DNA of 64,000 nt from Eledone cirrhosa (GCA_964016885.1 OZ024750.1:5828001-5892000), one strand, 5' to 3'. Shown: positions 1-12,993, counted from the stretch's first letter. A program made the numbers and translations. The notes: generated from the letters alone by a model not told the origin.

Positions 1-184
1 ACTAGGCATCTTGAATCATCTCTTTAAATAATTATCAAGAGTGAAGGTGAAACATATTGTCAAGGACCAAACATAAAACAAAAAAAAGATGTTCCAGTTC
101 GTGGAAGCAACGAAAAGATTCAGCAACAAAAACATTTAGCTGTTTGATAGCTGTCATTGTTTTCCCACGGCTAAATGGAATGGA

Positions 185-450
185 CGTCCATCGGTTCTAA
201 CAACGAGTGTCCCAGTTGTTCGATCAACAGAACAGCCTGCTCATGAAATTAACTTGTAAGTGACTAAGCATGCCGCACAAACGTGTACTCTTGACATCAA
301 TTTCAGGGAGATTCAGCATGACAAAGTGTATGACAAGGATGGTTTTTTAAATGACAGAAACAATCCATTCGACAAGCTTCCAAGTTTTCATCTACCCAAT
401 GTCATTGAGATGGAGAGGCCATGGTAGGTAACACTTGCACAAGATACACG
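185..450 (-). mobile_element. Degenerate SINE sharing the long tail of 12994
   Basis: ACGAGTGT.CCAGTTG.T.CGATCAAC...CAGGGAGATTCAG shared. Confidence 0.65.
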
Positions 451-462
451 ACAAAATGTATA

Positions 463-641
463 ATAATTGTTTCTACTTTCGGCACAAGGCCAGCAATTAC
501 CCAGTACATTACTGGTACTTTATTTTATCGACCTCGTGAGGATGAAAGGCAAAGTTAACCTTGGCGGGATTTGAACTCAGATCGTAAAGGGACGTAACTA
601 TGCTGGAAAGCATGTCAACCCTCTACCAATTATGCCAATCC
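463..641 (-). mobile_element. tRNA-derived SINE family A
   Basis: Matches window consensus GGATTGGCAGTATCGGTAGAG..GAGTTCAAATCCC (B-box-like)..TTTGCCTTTCATCCTTACGGGGTCGATAAAATAAAGTACCAG..GTAGAAACA(ATT)n. Confidence 0.85.
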
Positions 642-1090
642 AAGAACCCACAAGAAGGCCAGCTTCACATGAAAGCTAACATGTAGAAAAACAATTCAAT
701 GGTTTCTATCTGCCACTTCTCACATAGAAATGTCTATGATTCAATTAGAATATTTTAGCCAGCACCAAGCTGCACTGAAGCATAAAAATATCAAATCCAG
801 TCACATGGGAGTAGAGTGAATACGTAACAATAAGGATTGAAAATAATCTTACACAAACATGTATTACGTTACCAAATATCAGCTTGCAATAAGTGGTAAA
901 ACGGAGAAGTTCCATTGAAGATCAACATTATAAATGTTAATTCATTCACATGCAATGAACTTGTCTCTCGCCCCCAAAACATGTCTTAAAAACACACGGT
1001 GGCGTATAAACGTACTGGAACATGTGTACTAAATCACACACACGCATAAACACGCACACATACACACATATTTATAAGCACACACATACA

Positions 1091-1156
<66 letters not shown>

Positions 1157-1221
1157 GTGTGTGTGTGGTGTGTGTGTGGTGTGTGTGTGGTGTGTGTGTG
1201 GTGTGTGTGTGGTGTGTGTGT

Positions 1222-1288
<67 letters not shown>

Positions 1289-1482
1289 CTGCGTGTGTGT
1301 GTAAAGATTGATAAATCCAGTCTGAAATAAGACTGGCAAATTTAAAAATTAAAAACTAATACATCTGTTACCTTACATCCATTTGAAGTCAATAAAATAA
1401 GTACCAGTCAAGTACTGGGGTCGATTCATCCTATATATCTCTTTCTCACTTCCAATCCCTCAAGAAAGAAAAGGAGCCGATC

Positions 1483-2428
1483 GTCAGATCGAACCAAGGA
1501 ATGGACATTTCCATTCATCTTTTTGCTGTTGATATATCTGTTAGTCGACGAAAGAATGGAAATTTCCATTCGACTTTCTACAGTTGATACTATCTGTTAG
1601 TCGACGAAAGAATGGAAATTTCCATTCGACTTTCTACAGTTGATACTATCTGTTAGTCGACGAAAGAATGGAAATTTCCATTCGACTTTCTACAGTTGAT
1701 ACTATCTGTTAGTCGACGAAAGAATGGAAATTTCCATTCGACTTTCTACAGTTGATACTATCTGTTAGTCGACGAAAGAATGGAAATTTCCATTCGACTT
1801 TCTACAGTTGATACTATCTGTTAGTCGACGAAAGAATGGAAATTTCCATTCGACTTTCTACAGCTGATACTATCTGTTAGTCGACGAAAGAATGGAAATT
1901 TCCATTCGACTTTCTACAGTTGATACTATCTGTTGGTCGACGAAAGAATGGAAATTTCCATTCGACTTTCTACAGTTGATACTATCTGTTAGTCGACCAA
2001 GGAAAGGAAATTTCCATTCGACTTTCTACTGTTAATACTATCTGCTGGTCGAACCAAGGAAAGGAAATTTCCATTCAACTTTCTACTGTTGATACTATCT
2101 GCTGGTCGAACCAAGGAAAATATATTTCTACTCGACTTTCTACTGTTGATACTAGCTGCTGGTCGAACCAAGGAAAGGAAATTTCCATTCGACTTTCTAC
2201 TGTTGATACTATCTATTGGTCGAACTAAGGAAAGGAAATTTCCATTCCTGTTTCTACTGTTGATACTATCTGCTGGTCGAACCAAGGAAAATATATTTCT
2301 ACTCGACTTTCTACTGTTGATACTATCTGCTAGTCGAACTAAGGAAAGGAAATTTCCATTCAACTTTCTACTGTTAATTCTATCTGTTGGTCGCAACTAC
2401 TGGAAGTAGGAACAACGTGAAATAAAAT
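1483..2428. repeat. 56/57-bp minisatellite, ~16 units, inside a SINE tail
   Basis: GTCG anchors at 1544, 1600, 1656 ... 1992, 2048 (period 56), then 2105, 2162 ... 2390 (period 57). Confidence 0.95.
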
Positions 2429-2739
2429 ATTTTACTCAATAGTGAATTCTTTATTTAATAATGATTTCTTAGAACTTATAAAGAAGCCAGTTCAAAAATA
2501 AAATTCACAGTAAGATATGCCACCGCTGTCACCGCCATTACCTAGGACGACCATGACGACGACGACCATGACTACGACCATGACGACGATGATGATGATG
2601 ATGATGATGACGATGATGATGGCGATGGTAGAATTGAAGACGATAATGAGGATGATATTGAAGATGACGATGATATACGCTGAAAGAATGGGAATTGACA
2701 GGTGCAGCATGACAAATTGCACCAGATGGCGTACTAGTC

Positions 2740-3676
2740 TGTTGGTGGTGATAGTGGTGGTGGAGACGGTGGGAGGGTTGTGATGGTGATGGTGGAGACG
2801 GTGGGGGGTTGTGATAGTGGTGGTGGAGACGGTGGGGAGTTGTGATGGTGATGGTGGAGACGGTGGGGGGTTGTGATAGTGGTGGTGGAGACGGTGGGGG
2901 GTTGTGATGGTGATGGTGGTGATGGTGAAGGTCGCGATGATTGAGGTGGTAATGGTGGTGGGGATAATTGTGGTGATAATGGTTGCAGTGGGGATGGTTG
3001 TAGGAGTGATGGAGGTAGTGGTGATGGTGGTAGTGGTGATGGTGGTAGTGGTGATGGTGGTAGTGGTGATGGTGGTAGTGGTGATGGTAGTAGTATTGAT
3101 GGTGGTAGTGGTGATGGTGGTAGTGGTGATGGTGGTAGTGGTGATGGTGGTAGTGGTGATGGTGGTAGTGGTGGTGGTGGTAGTGGTGATGGTAGTAGTA
3201 TTGATGGTGGTAGTGGTGATGGTGGTAGTGGTGATGGTGGTAGTGGTGATGGTGGTAGTGGTGATGGTGGTAGTGGTGGTGGTGGTAGTGGTGATGGTAG
3301 TAGTATTGATGGTGGTAGTGGTGATGGTGGTAGTGGTGATGGTGGTAGTGGTGATGGTGGTAGTGGTGATGGTGGTAGTGGTGATGATAGTAGTATTGAT
3401 GGTGGTAGTGGTGATGGTGGTAGTGGTGATGGTAGTAGTATTGATGGTGGTAGTGGTGATGGTGGTAGTGGTGATGGTGGTAGTGGTAGTGGTGGTAGTG
3501 ATGGTGGTAGTAGTGATGGTGGTAGTGGTAGTGGTAGTAGTGATGGTAGTAGTAGTGATGGTGGTAGTAGTGGTGGTGGTAGTGGTGGTAGTGATGGTGG
3601 TAGTAGTGATGGTGGTAGTGGTAGTGGTGGTAGTGGTAGTGGTAGTAGTGATGGTGGTAGTAGTGGTGGTAGGGTG
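2740..3676. repeat. GGT/GAT/AGT trinucleotide array with 15-bp higher-order unit
   Basis: (GTGGTGATGGTGGTA)n; source of the poly-Thr/Val pseudo-ORFs. Confidence 0.95.
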
Positions 3677-3805
3677 AGAGAGAGAGAAAAAGCTCACCAG
3701 AGAATAATAAATGTCTGAGACAGTAACATGCCCGAAACTTATAGAATTACACGTCCATCCCACTTTCTATTTCACACAGACAGGGGAAGTAATATGCACG
3801 TTTTC

Positions 3806-3881
<76 letters not shown>

Positions 3882-3907
3882 CACATATATATGTGTATGT
3901 GTGTGTG

Positions 3908-4028
<121 letters not shown>

Positions 4029-4208
4029 AGTTTCTTTTGCGTACTCGCAGGTTTGTGAGTTAAGACTCTTTTCTGACGACTCTGCGAGTACACAAGAGAA
4101 ACTGCAGAGTAACAGGACTCAAGGACTCAGGTTTGGTATTATTAACAACATATATTAATCTATACTATGGTATTAAGTACTCACAATCTCGGCCGCCTTT
4201 ACTAACCT
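4029..4208 (+). mobile_element. PLE-like relic with hammerhead-like core and a short 5' inverted duplication
   Basis: CTGACGA(4073)..GAAA(4098), ACTCT/AGAGT flanks; 4029-4050 is an inverted copy of 4082-4103; flanked by microsatellites. Confidence 0.55.
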
Positions 4209-4253
4209 ATATATAAACACGCATGCACACACATACAATACAAATATATACAT

Positions 4254-4323
<70 letters not shown>

Positions 4324-4454
4324 AGAGAGAGCTGCCTCGTATTTAAACACGTGTGTGATGACATATTTTGCGTGTGAACTCTCACACGTCTATCTTTTGA
4401 ATGTATATATGTATATATGCATGTGAGAGATAATAAGCATAAATCCATATTAAT

Positions 4455-4502
<48 letters not shown>

Positions 4503-4504
<2 letters not shown>

Positions 4505-4598
4505 AAAGTTTTATTTAAGATTGTTGGGTTACAACGAGTAAATATTTTATAACTGATATAAAAGCACTCAACAGTTTCTGGAGTAGGTTTACGATATT
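4503..4598 (-). mobile_element. 3'-end fragment of the 34431 family between TA tracts
   Basis: ATTGTTGGG.TACAAC.AG.AAATATTT..TATAACTGATATAAA.GCACTCAACA is shared with 34445-34498. Confidence 0.7.
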
Positions 4599-5489
4599 AT
4601 ATATATATCATATATATATCATATATATATATATATACACGTTTACTTCACTACATATGAATTGTTTTTATTTAAAAACATTTGAGACCCGGAGTAATGC
4701 GTGCAAAGATGATGCTTTTGTATAAGTTAGTATCTTAAAGAGATTTCTTGATATGTTATTACTATCAATAAAGAATTTATGAAAAATATTAAATAAAAAT
4801 AGAGAAACATACAAACAAAATTTTATTTGACTTTAACAAGTCAGTTATGTCTACAGTAACCCCTAATGAGCTCTTAAATAGCTTTTTGGAACATTTAATG
4901 ATCAGTAGATAAGAAACTTTCTTTTTCTCATTCTATCATCACAACGGGGTCTTCAAACAGCTGCATTTGCCTTTAGCATGTCTACTGAGACTAAGCATTC
5001 AAAGGAACTAAGGCTAAATAGACATTCTTTAGCTCCTTTCCACTCTAAATATTTTGCCCCAGCATCACATATAAAAAACAGGAGATTTTGACAAGATGGC
5101 GAGCTAACATCAATCAAGAGACAACTGGTTATCTTCAGTTGGTCACGAAACCAACGAACTCAATCAACCCGTCTTATGAAAACGGATGAATGAAAAGCAT
5201 TCTAAATTTCTATTATCGTATGGAGCACTGGATATGTCCGTGATAGTCGGGCCCCTTATTTAAAGCATTTTTTTTCATCATTATATAGATTCTCTGTTCA
5301 AATCCCACTGGCGTTCCATGGTAATTTTCTATTCAGCCACGTCCGATGAAATAAGTATCAGCAACATTTTTCAAATAGATGGAATACATATTATGCAGTC
5401 TCTCCAAAAACTGGTCTTTCGTTACAGTAAGAAATGATTTGCTTGCGATTGTTATGTCGTATTAAAATAACATAATGGTAAAAATCTGT

Positions 5490-5745
5490 CTCTGGTCCGG
5501 AGGCTCACCAGATCGTTGCTTATCCCGGTCAACGTGGCGTTAAATGACTAAGACTACAAGACACTCCCTTTAACAGGATGTCGGTCTATCGCAGAGTTAA
5601 CCCCTTAGTTATTTCTGGTATGCATTTTCATCTGAATATGCTGGAGCAACGTGAAATGAAGTGTTTGTGCTTTGTTCAAGAACACAACACACAACCTAGT
5701 CAAGGAATCAAATCCACGGTATTATGATCGTAAGTCCAATGTCCA
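5490..5745 (-). mobile_element. Old SINE with family B core and another tail
   Basis: CTGGAGCAACGTGAAATGAAGTGT..GTTCAAGAACACAAC..GGAATCAAA. Confidence 0.6.
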
Positions 5746-6531
5746 TATACTCACACACTGTTCTCGAGAGGCATAGAACAGTAAGATCGTTTTGTATACT
5801 AATAAATGTGCAGTTTTAATTCTGTCTGTGTGTTTAACTTTGTCTGTAATACGATTGGATAGTGAATTCTCTTTCATATTATATAATACTGAAAGTTGTT
5901 AACCAAATCAAATTTGTTCGGTTCATTACAAAATAATCTCTTTGAGGTTTGCTTTCCGTTCTATAATTTCGAGAATTAAATTAAATTTATTGTCGGTTAA
6001 TGTAAGTTTGAACCTTGTATACATGTTTACATTAAAACAAAGGAAGCGAAAATTGTTCATACACAAATTACTTTACATCAAAGATAATAAATACGCGAAA
6101 ACCCGGGTTAACTGGACGCATGCATCGTCATTAAAATCTCAGTCTAATGACCACTATCAAAGAGACTACGATAGAAAATACCTGTCACATTAGTAGCCTT
6201 ATAGCACGCATTAAACTTTGAGATCATCTTATATACGCATATGCATCAAAGATTTAATGATTTGCGTTTCATTTAGTCCTCACATTTTATCTCTCGTATG
6301 CATTACTCTTTATATTAATACTTTTCGCTTGGTTGCAAACATGGGGACATGATAAATGTATCATTTTATTATTTTCTATTAATCTTTTACTAGTTTCTGT
6401 CATTTGACAGAGGTCATACTAGGTCATCATTTTAAAGGGATTTTGTCGATTATATCAAATCCAGTACTTTTTGTTTTCAAATCTGGTACTAAAGATAGTA
6501 TTCCGTTGAATCGCAGGATATCCACAATCGC

Positions 6532-6565
<34 letters not shown>

Positions 6566-6639
6566 GCACACACGCGCACACATACTAAGGTATATATATA
6601 TGTATATACATTATTATTATTGATGTTGTAGCTGTATAT

Positions 6640-6677
<38 letters not shown>

Positions 6678-6721
6678 AAGAGAGAGAGAGAGAGAGAGAT
6701 AGAGAGATAGAGAGAGAGAAA

Positions 6722-6791
6722 TGGCTTGTACAGGACTAGAACTGTTTCATTCGCGAGAAATCATCAGGAGGCCGACTGTCCAAATAATATG

Positions 6792-6794
<3 letters not shown>
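6722..6794 (-). mobile_element. Short relic with hammerhead-like core; family members at 62565-62620 (-) and 44511-44630 (+)
   Basis: Minus strand CTGATGA-TTTCTCGCGAAT-GAAACAGTTCTAGTCC; 62565 copy reads CTGATGA-TTTCTAAAGAAT-GAAACAGTTCTAGTCC. Stems I/III are non-canonical. Confidence 0.5.
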
Positions 6795-6832
<38 letters not shown>

Positions 6833-6842
6833 GAAACCTTCT

Positions 6843-7019
6843 TAGGCAGACAAAGATACTCTCATGGAATGACCAAATGAGGTTTATTTTTCAGCATAGT
6901 CCCTGGGAAGAAACAATGCAGTTATTAATAAGAAAAGCTGAACTTAATGCATGCAAGATTTCCCAGCTCTAGCATCACTCCTTCATAGTCAGCCTATGAA
7001 CGTTTCAGCTGACCTCCGT
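6843..7019 (-). mobile_element. Partial copy of the 12168 mariner-like MITE
   Basis: Reverse complement matches the internal unit (GATACTCTCATGGAATGACCAAATGAGG...) and a decayed TIR. Confidence 0.75.
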
Positions 7020-7100
7020 TTTAACAAGTAAACATTTTTTCTGGTTGATCTCTGCATAATTTATGTATACACTGCACTCACTCCAACTGAACATGCGTAT

Positions 7101-7175
<75 letters not shown>

Positions 7176-7819
7176 GCGTTTTTTACTCATTTTCTTAAAC
7201 AGGTAATATATGTATGGGTGTCAATGCTGAAAAAATATGATACAAAGAAATGAGACTGAACTCTGATTTCAATTCCTGAAAGGAGAAATCTGAGCCGAAC
7301 TATTTATAAAGATTTCATGGAATACTTAAGCTTTGATTGCTTTTGAAGAGAAAACATGAAAGTGGTTAGTTATGATTGAATTGTCATTGGCTGTGAATAT
7401 ATACAAATACCTTTCAGATACTTCAAGTATACACATATACACACATATATATACATATACACAGATATATATACATATACACAGATATATATACATATAC
7501 ACAGATATATATATATATATATATATATATATCTACAAACACATATTATATATATATATATAACACATATTATATATATATGTATTTATATGTATATGTG
7601 TGTATGTGTATATATGTGTGTATTATAAATATATTATATACATACGCATAAACGCATCCACAGACATATAAACGTGCATACATAGATACACATATATACA
7701 TACACACATATATATATATATATAAACATACAAGCACACATACATACATGCACACATACACACACATACATACATACATACATACACACATACATACACA
7801 CACACATACATACATATAT

Positions 7820-7854
<35 letters not shown>

Positions 7855-8221
7855 TACATATATACATACATACATACATACATACTCACACACACACACA
7901 TACATATATACATACATACATACATCTGAATATGTTACTATTTCCAGAATTCATATTAATAAATATAGACATTCGTGTGAAAATGTTAGTGTTCGCCAGC
8001 ATAGTTCAATTTTCTAATATCTCCCTCTTTTATTAAGTATCAGCCAAGTCTCTGTATAAGCCAGAAGCCTGATTTAGTTTCCTTTCATCATCTTAATTCT
8101 ATGAAAATGAATACATTTGCGATATTAACAATAATCATTAATCTCCAGCAATTCAGAAAGTTATCATTTTGTAACAAAAAGACAGTGCAGTGCTATATAT
8201 ATATACATCATTATTGCACTG

Positions 8222-8279
<58 letters not shown>

Positions 8280-8291
8280 TATTGCACTGAA

Positions 8292-8432
8292 TAGTTTCGT
8301 CCCTTTACGATCTGAGTTCAAATCCCGCCGAGGTTGACTTTGCCTTTCATCCTTACGGAGTCGATAAAATAATGTACCAGTAATGCACTAGGTAATTGTT
8401 GGTGGCCTTCTGCCTAAAGTAGAAACAATTAT
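8292..8432 (+). mobile_element. SINE family A, 5'-truncated
   Basis: Consensus match; TSD-like ATTATTGCACTG on both sides. Confidence 0.85.
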
Positions 8433-8469
8433 TGCACTGCATATATATATATATATATCATTATTGCAC

Positions 8470-8526
<57 letters not shown>

Positions 8527-8532
<6 letters not shown>

Positions 8533-8836
8533 GTGAGGTTTTTTTTACAAAATGAAAAATAACCGAGGTGTCCTACACGAGTGAAAGTATAAAGAAAAAA
8601 AGATGAAATCGAAAATGCAACTGGAGTATTATTTAAAAAAAAAAAAAATATATATATTTATTTGGTTCCTTTTCTCACATCTGATAATCAGATGTGAGAA
8701 AAACCACAGACCCTCTATCTCAACTCTACTTTTGAAAAGCAGAAGATCTGCGAAACCGGTAAAGGAACCAAATAAATATATATATTTAAAAAAAAAATAA
8801 GACTCCAGTTGCATTTTCGATTTCATCTTTTTTTCT
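8527..8836. mobile_element. TA-inserted fold-back element (IR 8593-8672 / 8761-8836)
   Basis: ~78-bp inverted arms. Spacer holds hairpin TTTCTCACATCTGA-TAA-TCAGATGTGAGAAA and a decayed hammerhead (..GCAG-AAGAT-CTGC-GAAA-CCGG-TA). Confidence 0.75.
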
Positions 8837-9464
8837 ATATATATATATATATATATATATCATTATTGCACTGCATATATATATATATATATATACATAT
8901 ATATATACATATATACACACATATATACATATATACATATATATATATATACATAGATATATATATACAGTGCAATGATATATATATATAAATGAGATAT
9001 TCATGGAAATATTCAGCTAGTTGACTCTGTTGAAACTGCAGGGAAATCTCATTTACTTCATTTATTAACCGTTGATTATTTAGCTAAATACTCTTTTTTT
9101 TCGTAATTGGCAGCATGCCAAGACATTTTCTCTATTGCTGCATTGCTGCGTTCATTACCCAAAGCACATCTGCACTATTTATCTGACCTGACTGTATGTG
9201 TTTTTATCTACGTTTCCTACTTAGGATAACAGATTTGCAGACCACCCCATTACACCAGGGTATTTTAGCAATGTAATAGAATTTCTTGCATATCACTCTG
9301 TCTGCCTGGTCTGATATCTATTTATGTTATTTGGTTTTATAATTTTATACATTTTTATATCAATAGAGAGAGAGAGAGAGAGAGTCGGTTTCTAACAAAG
9401 ACACAAGATTCTTTCAGTGGAATTTAAACAACATCAACTAGGTAGATATGTATGTCTGCATGTC

Positions 9465-9555
<91 letters not shown>

Positions 9556-9724
9556 GTATGTGTGGATGTGCAGATGCTTTGTATCTATACATGTGCCCAT
9601 GCAGTTACACACACATATATATATATGTACACATGCACACACAGAGACAAACACATACATACACCCTCTCTCTCTCTCTCATATATATATGTATATATAT
9701 ATATAACGAAGAACACACGAGACA

Positions 9725-9819
9725 GACATATCTGAGGAAGCCTTCACATGCAGAGTCAGGTTCGATCTGTATCAGATCCTGCCTCGAGCTGCTCGACGGG
9801 GAAACATATGTAATATGTT
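9725..9819 (+). ncRNA. Type I hammerhead ribozyme motif (extended stem II) in a PLE/retrozyme-like relic ~9705-9857
   Basis: Stem I GACATAT/ATATGTT, core CTGAGGA (9732) ... GAAA (9801), palindromic stem III ACATATGT, cleavage triplet GTA (9810-9812), AATAAA at 9820. The base of stem II is imperfect. Confidence 0.8.
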
Positions 9820-9853
9820 AATAAATCGTGGTTTGATGCATTACTCATTCCTC

Positions 9854-9942
<89 letters not shown>

Positions 9943-9960
9943 CGTTTCTGAATTTGTTTA

Positions 9961-10027
9961 TAATAAATTGAAGTGAAAGCAACTGGTGCGTGTGTTTCTT
10001 ATTGGCAACATGACCCTCCCAAAGTAT

Positions 10028-10033
<6 letters not shown>
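9961..10033 (+). mobile_element. 3'-end fragment of the 42818-43100 family
   Basis: ~70 bp identical to 43030-43102; flanked by TA tracts. Confidence 0.75.
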
Positions 10034-10066
<33 letters not shown>

Positions 10067-10069
<3 letters not shown>

Positions 10070-10258
10070 CAAAGGAAGTGTGGTAAGGAACCAAATGGAC
10101 CATAACGCACCAGAGTACTCAATACGAGTAGTAGAGTGCAAAATAGGAAAAAGTATGACCCCGACGGCAGAGCTCAAGCCGTTTCGACGGCTATTTCTGT
10201 CCAGAAATAGCCGTCGAAACGGCTTGAGCTCTGCCGTCGGGGTCATACTTTTTCCTAT
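10067..10258 (-). mobile_element. TA-inserted fold-back element; perfect 57-bp-arm palindrome 10143-10258
   Basis: Arms 10143-10199 / 10202-10258 with a 2-nt loop; homologous to 51664-51899 in opposite orientation. Confidence 0.85.
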
Positions 10259-10265
10259 ATATATA

Positions 10266-10450
10266 TACTCAATTTATTGGAAGGTGATATTTCACAACAG
10301 TTACTCCGAGCTCATCAGGTTCCTGTTACCGGAGACTGACTGTGAGAAACTCGGAGTAACGATTTTTGACGGTTCGGTTTCTAATAAATTATATCACACA
10401 AAAATTAGTATTGAGTACTCGTTTATCTTCTGCATCTTTCCACTAATGAG
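10266..10450. mobile_element. PLE-like relic, minus-strand hammerhead-like core plus short IR
   Basis: Minus: CTGATGA(10318-10312)..GAAA-TATC..AATAAA; IR GTTACTCCGAG/CTCGGAGTAAC; TATTGAGTACTC at ~10409. Confidence 0.45.
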
Positions 10451-10532
10451 TATATATACACCTATATCCCTCCTTTACTCTCTCTCACTAAAACCAGTAT
10501 AAAGGTAAACGAATGGCAATATATTCATATGA

Positions 10533-10720
10533 GGGGTGGTGGATTGGCAGTGTCGGTAGAGGGTCGGACGCCATGCTTTGACGCATAGAGTTACGACCCT
10601 TTCCATTCTGAGTTCAAATCCCGCCGAGGTTAACTTTGCCTTTCATCCTTACGGGGTCGATAAAATAAAGTACCAGTAATGCACTGGGTAATTGCTGGCC
10701 TTGAACGAAATGTAGAAACC
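10533..10720 (+). mobile_element. SINE family A, full length
   Basis: Consensus match; TSD ATATATTCATAT. Confidence 0.9.
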
Positions 10721-12167
10721 ATATATTCATATTCCTGTTGTTGGGTTTATAGTGTAGCAGTGTAAACCCGTTGTCTTTTATCTAACTTTGCAATTATAAT
10801 CGTTTTATCTTATTAGCTATCTGTTGCACTTAAAGTACTTTCTTGGAACCAATTATTATGCAAAATGTCAGTCAAATTCCATTCTGATGCTCCTAGAATT
10901 ATTAACTAAACCATTAATTCTTTCAACCAAATAAAATATTTGTCTCGCTTTTATATTGTATGATTTACATTTAACTCCTCTAAGTTCTCATTCATTCATT
11001 TTAGAATTCAAATTCCACTCTCTCTCGTCCAATTTCATGTATTTGGTTTCTACAAAACGTTGCTTCTTTCGTTCATCGAGTTGTTATGGAAGATATGCAA
11101 GTAGTTCTAATCACACTGAGTAGCTTCCCCTCTAAACAGTGCTCTCTATTCAATATCATTTCAATACCGTTGTATTCAGATCAATCTTCTTTAACGTTTT
11201 ATCGTTCCTTTTTCTGAATACATCTACTTGAATGTTAACTAACGATGGGGAAAATTGATATTTCGGCCATTCATAGACTCTGGAAGTTGTCTAATTAACC
11301 AGCTCTTCCCTAGTGCTGGTAACTACTTCCCTCTTATTGTTATATCATGGGAAAATGGTTTTATTTTCAGAGTCGATTCAACTAAAGAGCTATTTAGTTA
11401 GTAACAACTGCTGTAGTAGAAGTTTAGGTCAAAATAGCAACGTATTTAAAATAGGTTCCACATTATGATTTCTATATTAGTCAAAAAATATCTATAGTCT
11501 TTAAAAATACCTCTTTTTGAAGTTTGTTAAGAATAAAGTCAAATGTCAGAGTTGTCTGGCGTTCTGAATAGTGGCTAATATCGATCACAAATCACAAATC
11601 AATAAATCGAAGTTGTATTTATGTCAACAGAGGAATTACGTTTTTTTCAATTTTCGATTTCTTTAAAGAGTTTAAAATCTATTAATTGTTAACATAACTC
11701 TCGATGATCTAATAAACCAATTTTAGTCCGTATGTAACATTAATAATCTACAGCCATTTTCTATGTGATGTTTTCTCCTCGAAGCAATTTACTGTAATTA
11801 TATGCAATAATTTTCAACAATAGGCAATTTGCTTTTAGTTATTCACGCCGTTAATTTGATTCTTTTAATAAATTTTGTTTTTCCACTATACATGAAACAT
11901 TTTTTTGGAATACACACTTTGAAATGCTTTCAGTCCTTTAACTGCTTATAGTACATAAAGGAAATGATTCTTTTTAATATTTTATTTAAACCACAACATA
12001 GACAAATAAGTAGTTACGAAGTATAAATAATGGCTGAAAGACAAATTAGAATTAAATGACTTCGTGTGTAGTGAGTAATATATTCACATTAGCCAAGTTC
12101 AGATTCTTACTGAACGTCATACAATATTTACAAAGGAATTAAGAAGCACATATTTATTCCCAATCTA

Positions 12168-12506
12168 CGAGGGTCGGCTGAAAAGTTCATATGATTACTA
12201 TGAAGGATTGATGCTAGAGCTGTGAAATCTTGCATGCATTCGTTCCTTATTCCTAATTTCTTATTAATAAATGCATTGTTTCTTTCCAGGGACTATGTTG
12301 AAAAATAAACCTCATTTGGTCATTCCATGAGAGTATCTTGGTCAGCCTATGAAGGAGTGTGCTAGAGCTACGAAATCTTGCGAAATCTTGCGAAATTCCA
12401 ACAACTCTTCTTATTAATAACTGCATTGTTTCTTTCCTGAGACTATGTTGAAAATATATACCTCATTTGGTCATTCCAGGAGAGCATCTTGGTCAGCCGA
12501 CCCTCG
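12168..12506 (+). mobile_element. Tc1/mariner-like MITE with internal ~150-bp tandem duplication
   Basis: TA|CGAGGGTCGGCTGA...TCAGCCGACCCTCG|TA; related partial copy on the minus strand at 6843-7019. Confidence 0.85.
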
Positions 12507-12923
12507 TAAATCATCTTCAATAAAATTAGGGGACACAATAATGAGATCTCAGTCATAGAAAGAAACACTAACACAGAAGAAATAGCCGACGAAAAAACGC
12601 TGCCACTGTTGCTAACGAACTAAATCAAAATATATTTTAAGAGGACACAGATTAAAAAAAATATAATTTATAACGGTACTTCAGTTTTGTCTAAAGCACT
12701 ATAAAGTGTTACTGTGCTAATGTATTTCAATTAGTCAATAAGAAACCTCTTAATGAGACTAATATTTATTGGTTTCAATACATATAAGTTTCTTGGTTTC
12801 AACAAAACATTAAATATTTAATATTTCATGATAAATTTAGTTTTAGAAATTTCATGTGATCCAATCTTAATGATTCGAAAGTTATTTAAAAAAATCATTT
12901 ACAGACGATAGCTATACTAGACA

Positions 12924-12993
12924 GGAAGGAAGGAAGGAAGGAAGGAAGGAAGGAAGGAAGGAAGGAAGGAAGGAAGGAAGGAAGGAAGGAAGG
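12924..12993. repeat. (GGAA)n tract at the tail end of a SINE
   Basis: Direct observation. Confidence 0.9.

Noticed and set aside
1483-2428. CRISPR-like array of palindromic repeats
   Set aside because: No unique spacers, whole units repeat, no cas genes, eukaryotic context; it derives from a SINE tail.
2492-3763. 423-aa Thr-rich 'mucin' ORF
   Set aside because: Translation of a trinucleotide array; open on both strands, no signal peptide or domain, no splice support.
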